Assembly (NCBI GenBank): GCA_964418385.1 | Contig: CAYQLH010000001.1 | Location: forward strand, 1-53,790 | Direction of reading: 5' to 3' | Origin: an uncultured Pseudomonadales bacterium | GTDB taxonomy: Bacteria; Patescibacteriota; Microgenomatia; UBA1400; PJMF01 | Length of the DNA stretch: 53,790 bases | Shown: positions 45,930-53,790 of the stretch, piece by piece | How positions within the stretch are numbered: the stretch's first letter is position 1 | Layout: each line of letters opens with the position of its first letter | Notes under the pieces: generated by a model | What the model was told of the DNA's origin: nothing | The model's database searches: none | The model's input: only the letters and a program-made list of their open reading frames with translations | Position numbers and translations under genes: made by a program

Positions 45930-48900
45930 TTAGATCGCAACTTCGTAGCGCTGGACATGTGGATCTTTCATCCAGCTTGGCGCTGAGGTATTGAAGTCTG
46001 GGCGCGAGTAGAAAAGATGTGGCGACATCTTGTCATTGTATTTGGGATAAAGGCGCGGATCGTCTTTGACAACCTCCCAATCAGCTTTAGTCTCTTTCCC
46101 GCCCACACAAGCACCAAAAGTCCGTGGAAGATTTAACTCGTTGTGAAGTTCAGCACCGTTTTCGTCTTTACTCCACTGAAGCATTGTCCCCGCCACGGCC
46201 AACTGCCGATCACAATAGAGATCGCCATTAAATGGTAACAGATCTGGATCAGCGACACGCCAATTTGGAATGATAAATTGCTTAGCGGCAAAGAAGCCCT
46301 GCAGATCAGCAGTATAAGGCGAGCGACAGCCTTTGTTTTCTTCCCACGCCTGAGCTGGCAATGTCCCCACACCAGGATCAATCGTGATCGTGTCTCGAGC
46401 AATAATCGCCTTGAAATGCCCCGGAGCGGTGTAGATATTGGTGTCGATCAAGAAATCACCCTCCGTCACAAAAATGATAAAATTAGTCTCTGGCGCGAAG
46501 AAGGCAGAATTTTTGGTCATGTTTTCGCCGTCTGGAGCCGGATCGTCTCTTTGAGCGCCCAGCATACTCGTGCTGACTCGCTTTTTGGTCGGCCATGAAT
46601 CATCGCGTACCGTCTTGTTGTATTTATATTTACTCTCCGTGATACCTTTGATCTGACAAATGTAAAAGCCCTCAGCGTCTTTGTCACTATAATTACCTTC
46701 ACTTATACGCTTAACTACAGCCTGACAATCTGGTAACTTGTCGATTTCTACTTTATCAGCAAAATACTTGTAGCTAAAGTCATTTTTGGCGGCGTCGGTG
46801 AAGTCAGCATTGTTCAACTTTGCTATAGAAGAACTACCACCGCCACAGCGACCATCTGACATATTATCATCTGTTCCAGCGGATGACAATGAACCATTAG
46901 CTTTACTATCGTAATTAGCAATAGTCCATTGGGGTTTAGTCACAACTACCTCCAGCCCACAACGTCTGCCACGTTCACCGACACGATAATTGGTGCTCTT
47001 GGTGCCAGGGATAAAGAGTGTGCCTTCATTCAGATTCGCCTTTTTTCCGCTGTATTCTTGTGCATGAGCTGTATCCATTGTATAACCGCCACGGCCATCG
47101 GACTTTTTATTGCAACTCAAAATATCAAAACATTGTTTTTCACCTGTGTCATTGAATGCATTCACTTTAGCTGTACACTCAGGGTGAGAAGCGTCTTCTG
47201 TATTGACTTTAACTTGACCGTAAGCACATTCATAGTAGCCGCCAATACCATATCCAGGCTTAATCTCACGTTTACCCATAGGCGTATTAATAAAGTAAGC
47301 TGCTTGATCATGGTGTGTAGTGTCGAGATCAATGGCAGTGAAGCACTTCATATAATTTGTGCGATCGTCATCTTGAAATTTCATCCCCGGTGTCTCACAA
47401 ACTGGTGCCTGACAAGCTTTGGTGCCATGAGTGACTATGCCGCAATCGTCAGTAGTCTTCGATTTACCGCCTGGACCCAAGCAGTCCACCTCGTAAAAGC
47501 CATAACGACAATCAAACACATCGTCAGCACTTGAGTTACCGCACTCGTTGACACAAGCAGGCGGGCAATGATTACACCCAATCTCTTCCAATCGGCAATT
47601 CTCATCGTCTTTACCAGTGCAGATCCATTCAAACTGTGGACCACAATTACAATCTCTGCCGCGATAATATAGTCCGTAGCTACCCCGAGTGGAGGTGAAG
47701 TAGCTACCAGATGATGCACTGCAAGCATTGTCTGAAGGTGGAGTGATACAACGACGGACAAAACGCTCCACATGTCCACAACCGTCGTCGCGGTAGCCAT
47801 ACTCCTGCCGTTCAGGTGGGCAATATGATTTGATTGCATTACGAGAGGCGAAAGCAGCAGCGTCATTAGGTGCGCACTCTTTCCAGCGGCAAACTTGAAT
47901 ATCTTCGGCGGTCGTCCCTGCACGATAATATGCTTTGGGAGCGTAAACGACTTGACCCGCGGCATCATAACTCCTAATGCGTTCACCGCGCCAGGTCAAC
48001 CAAGCATTGCGTTCGCGATAAAACATTTCGGTTCTATTTTCATAAAGGTCGCCCGCTTGCTTACTGTCAGTGTTTTTATCCCGAGAACAAGTAAGATCAG
48101 GAGTACCTCCTGTTTTTGTTTTGCAACCACAACTACATTTAATCGGTCTTCCTTCTGATGTATAAACTATTTCTCCTTTTGGACAAACTTCTGATTCACC
48201 AGTTTCACACTGTGCCGCAATATTGTCAAAGCTGTAATAGCCATAGGCTTCACATTTGTCTGCTGCAGGATAGGATGGAGTTATTGGCGGAGCGGGACAT
48301 AAAGCGTCATAGCAGTAGACCACACCATTCTCGGTGTAAATACCTCTCTTGTGACTCCGAATAAGCGCGCCGTCTGTGGCGAGACTACTATCGCTTGCAC
48401 AGTGGCCGCCGCCGCCGTACCCGCTAAAAACCTGCTCCTGTGAGTAGAGATGATTATGTGTACAAGCATTTTCACAATGGCTGATACATTGATAATTCAT
48501 ACCCATGTAAACGACATTTACTCGAATGCCAACTTCATCTCTGTCACAAGCGTTACTGCCTACTTCTTTCATAAACTGCCCGGTTGTGTCACGGACCTGA
48601 TTACAAGGCTTGCGGCAGGCGACAATGCACGATTGACCATTGGGGAGCTTTTTTGGAAGACCAGCGCTACCATCGGGACATGACGTTCGAATAGGCCAGT
48701 AACGATTTCCATTCGGGTTATTCTTCCAGTTCAAACCGTGTACAAATTGATCCTTATAAGAATCATAATACCAGTCATAGGCTGCTGCTTGAGCGCATGT
48801 CTTGTAGTTGCCGCACTCCTTGCATTGACGCCCCAGACCAGTCTCACTTGCAGGAACATAACGGATAAAATTGCTGACATCGCAACTTTCGTCCACTTCT

Positions 48901-50588
48901 ACATAGTACTCATTAACCTCGCGACAGTCTTTTTCATACCGGTAACAGCCAAATTTCTCACACGAGCCGGTATTGAGATAAGCAAGATTACTGTGCGGAC
49001 TGTTGCAAAAGGAATTACGACTTTCCTGTCCACCATAAATCTGGCCATTAGTGGCATATTCGCTGGTGCCACCAGTTATTAAACGATTGTTTACAGCTCT
49101 GAAACAACCCTCCATCAGTTTGCGAATTGTGCACCGTTCATTGTCGACGCTACTATCAGGACATAAATCACGGGCCCAGTCATTTGTTTGATTTCTCCCT
49201 TTAACTTGTTCATAATAACTCAAGCTAGCGCGAGCCATCTGAATGGCTTGTTTTAATTCTTCACGTAACGTTGGTAATTCAATGCGATACTGTCTAACAG
49301 CCTCAACGCTTTCTTCCGCTTCTTGCCACTGTTTATAGGCATCATTTTTGTATGTTGCCAATCTGCTGCGACAAGTGCTCGCATCTGTGTATGTGCTACA
49401 AGGCCAAGAATAGCCATTGTAGTGGAAATAATACCACCATTCGTAAGTATAATTACCATAGTAATATAAATCGTAGTATTTATCCCACAGCTTGTAGTAG
49501 TAATCTCGATTTGATCTGATGGTCTCCAAGCAGGAACTAGACGAAGTGTTGCTCCCGCAGTTATACTCGTAAGAACCAGCTCGGATGTACAAATTACTAC
49601 CACTGTAAGAAGCGGTGCCATAGTTAGCAAGATAGTAATAACGATAATACTGATTATAATAAGAATCCTTCTTATTTTTTAAACCATTAGCACAATCAGT
49701 TTGATTTTGATTGGTGGAACAATAACTGGAACGGTCATTGTAACTAACAAAGTAGCGCCACTGACGATCATAAGTACCATTGCTGTAGAGAGCGTTATAT
49801 CGGTCATACGTATTTTTGCGGACATCAGCAATGCTTTGCAAATCATTGATTTTACTGTCGAAGTTATAGGTGTAACTGCGATCGGCATTGTTTTCAATAT
49901 AACTGAGTTTGTTTAAAACAGAATCATGATTATTTCCATTAGGATCTGGCACTTCCGAATTTTCTAAATCGTCAAAATTGGTCTTCACCAGTTGGTTGAC
50001 ATCAGAAACTGCCCGTCGACAACGCTGTAAGGCTTCTTTGGCTGGTGTGGCCCATTTTAACGGTTTGTCCTCAAAAGTCTCACCCTTTTCGTCAAAAATA
50101 CCCACTGTGTCTTGATAGACAATAGTGCTGCAGGAATTGCCGGTCAGGGCTGCATAGCGCTCGCATACCAAAGAGCATTTTTTAGCAAAAGAATCAGCGG
50201 CGCTGATGTAACCCGTGCGACAGTGTTGCATGGTGCCGTCACAGGCTGTTTTTCTCATGTACAGTGTCCACTCTTTGTGGGTACAACCGCCGCTATCTAG
50301 CGTCCGATAATCCCAAAAAGTACGATACTGATTGCCATCAATGCTGGTGTCTAAATTTTTATAATTTAAGCGACCACCGCATTGGCTGATAAAGGCGTCC
50401 ATTTCGCTTGGTCTTTTGAGCTTTGACGTGAACCAGTAATTGAGAACGTCTGGATCGCCCCCCCCGCTATTGTGATAAGGGCACGACCACGCCAAAACTT
50501 GACTTTTTACGAAAGCGGTGAGCATCAAAACGAGCGCAAATGTTCTTATCAATTTTAACCACTGGTGACAATGTTTAAAAATCTTCAT
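45930..50588 (-). CDS. Giant (1552 aa) secreted cysteine- and tyrosine-rich protein, with no family I recognise
   Basis: An uninterrupted 4.66-kb ORF with a signal-peptide-like N-terminus (LIRTFALVLMLTAFVKSQVLA/WS). I count about 76 Cys, often in CxxC/CxC clusters (CKECGNYKTC, CSCGC, CNCG, CNHCPPACVNEC). It has a Tyr-rich triple repeat and a Cys-poor C-terminal region of about 260 aa. Its start overlaps the upstream gene's stop by 4 nt. Confidence 0.85.
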   Translation of the reverse strand: MKIFKHCHQWLKLIRTFALVLMLTAFVKSQVLAWSCPYHNSGGGDPDVLNYWFTSKLKRPSEMDAFISQCGGRLNYKNLDTSIDGNQYRTFWDYRTLDSGGCTHKEWTLYMRKTACDGTMQHCRTGYISAADSFAKKCSLVCERYAALTGNSCSTIVYQDTVGIFDEKGETFEDKPLKWATPAKEALQRCRRAVSDVNQLVKTNFDDLENSEVPDPNGNNHDSVLNKLSYIENNADRSYTYNFDSKINDLQSIADVRKNTYDRYNALYSNGTYDRQWRYFVSYNDRSSYCSTNQNQTDCANGLKNKKDSYYNQYYRYYYLANYGTASYSGSNLYIRAGSYEYNCGSNTSSSSCLETIRSNRDYYYKLWDKYYDLYYYGNYTYEWWYYFHYNGYSWPCSTYTDASTCRSRLATYKNDAYKQWQEAEESVEAVRQYRIELPTLREELKQAIQMARASLSYYEQVKGRNQTNDWARDLCPDSSVDNERCTIRKLMEGCFRAVNNRLITGGTSEYATNGQIYGGQESRNSFCNSPHSNLAYLNTGSCEKFGCYRYEKDCREVNEYYVEVDESCDVSNFIRYVPASETGLGRQCKECGNYKTCAQAAAYDWYYDSYKDQFVHGLNWKNNPNGNRYWPIRTSCPDGSAGLPKKLPNGQSCIVACRKPCNQVRDTTGQFMKEVGSNACDRDEVGIRVNVVYMGMNYQCISHCENACTHNHLYSQEQVFSGYGGGGHCASDSSLATDGALIRSHKRGIYTENGVVYCYDALCPAPPITPSYPAADKCEAYGYYSFDNIAAQCETGESEVCPKGEIVYTSEGRPIKCSCGCKTKTGGTPDLTCSRDKNTDSKQAGDLYENRTEMFYRERNAWLTWRGERIRSYDAAGQVVYAPKAYYRAGTTAEDIQVCRWKECAPNDAAAFASRNAIKSYCPPERQEYGYRDDGCGHVERFVRRCITPPSDNACSASSGSYFTSTRGSYGLYYRGRDCNCGPQFEWICTGKDDENCRLEEIGCNHCPPACVNECGNSSADDVFDCRYGFYEVDCLGPGGKSKTTDDCGIVTHGTKACQAPVCETPGMKFQDDDRTNYMKCFTAIDLDTTHHDQAAYFINTPMGKREIKPGYGIGGYYECAYGQVKVNTEDASHPECTAKVNAFNDTGEKQCFDILSCNKKSDGRGGYTMDTAHAQEYSGKKANLNEGTLFIPGTKSTNYRVGERGRRCGLEVVVTKPQWTIANYDSKANGSLSSAGTDDNMSDGRCGGGSSSIAKLNNADFTDAAKNDFSYKYFADKVEIDKLPDCQAVVKRISEGNYSDKDAEGFYICQIKGITESKYKYNKTVRDDSWPTKKRVSTSMLGAQRDDPAPDGENMTKNSAFFAPETNFIIFVTEGDFLIDTNIYTAPGHFKAIIARDTITIDPGVGTLPAQAWEENKGCRSPYTADLQGFFAAKQFIIPNWRVADPDLLPFNGDLYCDRQLAVAGTMLQWSKDENGAELHNELNLPRTFGACVGGKETKADWEVVKDDPRLYPKYNDKMSPHLFYSRPDFNTSAPSWMKDPHVQRYEVAI

Positions 50589-51730
50589 TGGCTCAAAAGT
50601 CCGCTACTAATTAGTTTTTCGTAGATCTGCTGCGCAGAGAGAGTGGTGAGATCATTGATCACGTTATCTTTGTCGTCGGCCTTGCCGGTGCGCTTGGTGA
50701 CGACGAGGCGGCAAACTGGACCTGAAATAATGGGACGCATTTGTTGGGCGATAGTTTCGCCGTCAGTCTCAGGATTGATGTTTTCGGTGATGTCCGTGGC
50801 GTAGCGGCGCAGCGCCTCGGCCATCAAGCATCTTTGTGTGGGCGTAAAGTTCCCGGTGTCGAATTGCATGTAGCGTGGAAAAGCACGTTTGGTCAGATAG
50901 ACAAAGTCAAGTGCTGCCACGTCTAGGAATTCATTTTCACGCGGTTGATAGTCGAGATTGGTCTTGTAAGCCGCAAAGTGTCGCTCAAGAGCGAGCAGCA
51001 AATCACGGTAGACAAGAGTGTTGACATTGGCTTCGTTGAGGCTTTCGTCTTGGTCAAACTTGAGTTTCTCTAATTGTTCTTCATTGGCCACCAGAAGTTT
51101 TTGCAGATCTTTGTCAAAATTCTTACTGGCTGTTTGCAGGTGATAGCCCGCGACATAAACAAAAGGAATGACTTTGTCGCTCTCTTCGAGCTCGTAGCCG
51201 TGATGAATATCTTGATGCAATTTGTCCAATTCTGGATAATTTAGTTCCACCGCGGCGCTTAAACAAAGCTCGTGCGCTATCGCGCGTGTCTTGGCATCTA
51301 GTTTTTGATCGGCTTCAAGATCGCTCATGAGTAAACAGTTGAGCGCCGTCAACTTATCAGTGGCTACCAACTTTTGCGCTTGATTGAGATAATGTTTTGT
51401 TTGTGGATAGGTCTCATCAGTGGCTTTTTCGAGTGCGTGCCACGCCCACGCGGCGGCAAGAGTATTGTCGAGTGAATTGACGATTTCTTCTTCCGGAATA
51501 CTCGTGAGTAAGCGGCGCGCTTGCGCTTGGTATTTATCGTCAGCTTGGGCAACGAGATTTGCGCGTTGCCTGTCAGCAGCGAGCATTACGGTAATCGCAG
51601 AAATGATCAAAAGCACAGCGGCAGTGATACCCAGTGAAAGCGATAAGATTTGGTTAGCCTTTATCCAGGAGACAGTTTGGCGAAAAGCGGTTGCTAGTTG
51701 GTCGGTGATTTTTTTCATGTCATCTTTCAT
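50585..51730 (-). CDS. Hypothetical single-pass membrane protein with a large helical ectodomain (381 aa)
   Basis: TM helix ILSLSLGITAAVLLIISAITVML after a charged N-terminus. The remainder is rich in Leu/Glu/Lys/Asp and looks helical. It overlaps both flanking genes by 4 nt. Confidence 0.7.
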   Translation of the reverse strand: MKDDMKKITDQLATAFRQTVSWIKANQILSLSLGITAAVLLIISAITVMLAADRQRANLVAQADDKYQAQARRLLTSIPEEEIVNSLDNTLAAAWAWHALEKATDETYPQTKHYLNQAQKLVATDKLTALNCLLMSDLEADQKLDAKTRAIAHELCLSAAVELNYPELDKLHQDIHHGYELEESDKVIPFVYVAGYHLQTASKNFDKDLQKLLVANEEQLEKLKFDQDESLNEANVNTLVYRDLLLALERHFAAYKTNLDYQPRENEFLDVAALDFVYLTKRAFPRYMQFDTGNFTPTQRCLMAEALRRYATDITENINPETDGETIAQQMRPIISGPVCRLVVTKRTGKADDKDNVINDLTTLSAQQIYEKLISSGLLSQ

Positions 51731-52401
51731 TCAAATAGCGCTTGAGTCTCCGGGGAATTATCCAAAACTGCGTCTGCCTCCAAGCGATGAGCGGTGGCTG
51801 TCGCCGTCGTTCCATCCCAAACATAAGGCATAGCATTACCGTCATCCGTATAAATGTAGTGATTGTCGTAGGTGCCCTCAAATTCCAAACCCATAAAATT
51901 AAACTCAACGGTGTTGTTGGCGTTGACACGGAAATAGATGCCCCGCCCAAGTTGGTTCAAACTACTGATATCTTTTTCGACACCCTGCTCGAAAAGCCTA
52001 ATCACTTTGTAAATTCCTGGTGGGGGTGCCACTTGATCAGTCCGGCTTTCGGTGAGTGCTACTAAATCGTTGGTGGCGTAGACTGTGCCATTAACGTCCG
52101 TGTTGGCGACACCATAATATTTCATGAGTTCCGTCACTTCGTTGGCGAGGTAATCCTCTACATGGGATTCGCTAGTTTGCGAGGAATAACTGATGGGCAC
52201 TGGCTCTTCTTCCGGGTGATCGTTGCTACTCGTGGCGGTACTAGGAGTGTCACTGGCGGGCGTGGTTGTGGTCGTTTCCTGAGGCGTTGAGTTACTCACC
52301 ATTTTGATCAATAAGCCACCAATCACAAGCGCCATCACGCCAATGAGGGCAAAAATAAGATACATCACCAGTTTTTTAGTTTTGTCTCGACTCATATCCA
52401 T
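51727..52401 (-). CDS. Hypothetical N-terminally anchored exoprotein with a Thr/Ser-rich linker (224 aa)
   Basis: TM helix LVMYLIFALIGVMALVIGGLLI, linker TPQETTTTTPASDTPSTATSS and a beta-rich C-terminal domain. An AAGGAAA RBS is present, with TGCTAAAAT upstream. Confidence 0.7.
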   Translation of the reverse strand: MDMSRDKTKKLVMYLIFALIGVMALVIGGLLIKMVSNSTPQETTTTTPASDTPSTATSSNDHPEEEPVPISYSSQTSESHVEDYLANEVTELMKYYGVANTDVNGTVYATNDLVALTESRTDQVAPPPGIYKVIRLFEQGVEKDISSLNQLGRGIYFRVNANNTVEFNFMGLEFEGTYDNHYIYTDDGNAMPYVWDGTTATATAHRLEADAVLDNSPETQALFE

Positions 52402-52525
52402 AAGTTTCCTTGCGTTTCATTTTAGCATTTTTCCCGCTTTTGGCAAGTGGCAGTTTTGCACGCGAAATCAAAGAAAATTATAATTCAATCTGGTAAGCAA
52501 TTTGTGGACGTGAGCTTGCTGGTTT

Positions 52526-52536
52526 TGTGGTATAAT
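52526..52536 (+). promoter_or_regulatory. Extended -10 promoter (TGTGGTATAAT) for efp
   Basis: Exact motif 30 nt upstream of the efp ATG. A GGAAAGGA RBS lies in between. Confidence 0.55.
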
Positions 52537-52566
52537 ATTGAATCTTAGAATTTGCGGAAAGGAATT

Positions 52567-53133
52567 ATGGCAACAGTCAATGGCGGCAATCTCAAAAAGG
52601 GCATGTACATTAGTTTTAAAGGGCAGCCACATCAAGTCACAGGGACGCAGTTTGTTTCTCCAGGCAAGGGATCGGCGTTTACACGAGCCAAGCTCAAAAA
52701 TCTGACTACTGGTAATACCTTGGAATTCACTTTTAAATCCACGGAAACGATCGAAGTTTTGGATATTCCTAGTCGCGAGCTGACTTATTCTTATCATGAT
52801 GACGATGTGGTCGCTTTCATGGATATGCGCACTTATGAGCAATTTGAAGTCAAACGCGATCTCGTGGGTGACGGTGTTTATTATTTAACTCCAGACGTCA
52901 AGGCTTACGTGATGTTTTTGGACGACCAGCCGATCGGTGTCACACTGCCGCCCAAAGTCAAGCTCAAAGTCACCGAAGCACCAGAAGCAATCAAGGGCGA
53001 TCGCGTGACAGCAGGTAAAAAACCGGTCGTAATGGAGACGGGTTTAACCGTGCAGGCGCCGATTTTCATCAAAACTGGCGAAACGCTTTTGATTGACACA
53101 ACCAACGGTGAATACGTCTCTCGGGCGAACTGA
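52567..53133 (+). CDS. efp: Elongation factor P
   Basis: Full-length EF-P pattern, including VSPGKGSAFTRAKLKN, which holds the conserved loop Lys. Confidence 0.93.
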   Translation: MATVNGGNLKKGMYISFKGQPHQVTGTQFVSPGKGSAFTRAKLKNLTTGNTLEFTFKSTETIEVLDIPSRELTYSYHDDDVVAFMDMRTYEQFEVKRDLVGDGVYYLTPDVKAYVMFLDDQPIGVTLPPKVKLKVTEAPEAIKGDRVTAGKKPVVMETGLTVQAPIFIKTGETLLIDTTNGEYVSRAN

Positions 53134-53137
53134 GGCG

Positions 53138-53728
53138 TTATTTTGCCGGTAAATCGTTTAAAAGTGTGTCCAAGTTTTTTTGCAACTGAGCAAAGGTACC
53201 GTTATTGGTTAGCAGGTGGGTAAAGTTGCTTTTGTTTGCTAGCGCGTCTAAAGTCTCTAATCGCTGGCGGGCGCAGTCTCCAGTCAGATGGTCGCGCGCC
53301 TGTAAACGTTCCCAGCGGATTTCTTCGTCAGCACTAAGCTGCCAAGTTTGTGCCAGTGACAAGGCTGAAAAAGCAAAACGCAAATAGCCATCAGCAACAA
53401 AAACCAACTTTTGGTGAGCGCGCTGCTGCACAAAAAGCCAAAGCTCGAGCGCCTCTTTGAGAGGTTGGGCAAAAATTCGTGCTAGCCAAAGCTGGATGTC
53501 TGGGTGGACATCTGCATAGGTGAAAAGAATTTCCGTGTCTACCGAGGCGTCGTCGCGAAAAACTTTCAAGCCAAAACGAGCTTGCAAGATGTCTTTAATT
53601 TCGTTTTTTGCAAAGAGTTTAATTAAAAATTCATCAGCATCGGCGACGGTAAGCCCGCGCTGACGCAAAAAGCGCGCCAGTGTGGATTTGCCGCTAGCTG
53701 TGGATCCGGTGAGTGCAATCATTTCCAT
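53138..53728 (-). CDS. coaE: Dephospho-CoA kinase-like P-loop kinase
   Basis: IALTGSTASGKSTLARFLRQRGLTVADADE (P-loop followed by the DxD region). ATG 53728 lies 8 nt after TATAAT (53742-53737, minus). The C-terminal half is divergent. Confidence 0.65.
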   Translation of the reverse strand: MEMIALTGSTASGKSTLARFLRQRGLTVADADEFLIKLFAKNEIKDILQARFGLKVFRDDASVDTEILFTYADVHPDIQLWLARIFAQPLKEALELWLFVQQRAHQKLVFVADGYLRFAFSALSLAQTWQLSADEEIRWERLQARDHLTGDCARQRLETLDALANKSNFTHLLTNNGTFAQLQKNLDTLLNDLPAK

Positions 53729-53762
53729 TTGTCCCAATTATACCCCAAAAGCGCGACTGTTT

Positions 53763-53773
53763 TGTGGTATAAT
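53763..53773 (+). promoter_or_regulatory. Extended -10 promoter (TGTGGTATAAT) firing toward the right window edge
   Basis: Exact motif. GTG at 53780 lies 6 nt downstream, and the downstream feature is cut off by the window end. Confidence 0.45.
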
Positions 53774-53790
53774 AACGCTGTGCCCTGGTG

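Noticed and set aside
45930-50588. Diversity-generating retroelement, RHS/YD toxin or autotransporter explanation for the giant gene
   Set aside because: There is no reverse transcriptase ORF and no template/variable DNA repeat pair nearby. The protein has no YD-repeat periodicity or PxxxxDPxGL core, no C-terminal beta-barrel or LPXTG-like sorting signal, and no Gly-rich RTX nonapeptides.

Overview
This is a gene-dense 53.8-kb bacterial chromosomal window with about 55 protein genes and 2 tRNAs, and it reads cleanly with the standard genetic code. Most of it is housekeeping. The recognisable genes are: murC and a murE-like ligase; glyQS, hisS and cysS; a complete F1Fo ATP synthase operon (atpI-like, B, E, F, H, A, G, D, C); rarA, frr, rseP, efp, coaE, ybeY and a tgt homolog. 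There is also an alpha-glucan pair (GH57 plus a glycogen-synthase-like GT). An envelope-glycan cluster follows, with 2 GTs, manC, a priming sugar transferase and an LCP ligase. An OmpR/HK two-component pair sits next to a MacAB-like adaptor/ATPase/permease set. No transposase, integrase, CRISPR array or rRNA was seen. The style is very compact, with many 4-nt start/stop overlaps, trimmed MurE and ATP synthase delta, and many N-terminally anchored exoproteins without recognisable domains. That fits a reduced-genome, possibly Patescibacteria/CPR-like organism, but this is inference only. The best candidate for something undescribed is a translationally coupled three-gene operon (45930-52401, minus strand). 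It encodes two membrane-anchored proteins and a 1552-aa signal-peptide-bearing protein rich in cysteine and tyrosine, none of which matches a family I recognise. Other notable points are listed here. (1) A 35-nt element with a 20-nt CACGTG-centred palindrome occurs twice (538-572 and 40814-40848). (2) TGnTATAAT promoters repeatedly sit 6-8 nt from start codons, implying leaderless mRNAs. (3) Two candidate structured RNAs lie at 104-358 and about 14105-14204, both on the minus strand. (4) Composition is mosaic: an AT-rich CDF+Gpx pair next to tRNA-Ser, and an AT-rich frameshifted MFS gene next to a GC-rich orphan gene with textbook promoter, SD and terminator. (5) The Tgt homolog has a non-canonical substrate-pocket motif.
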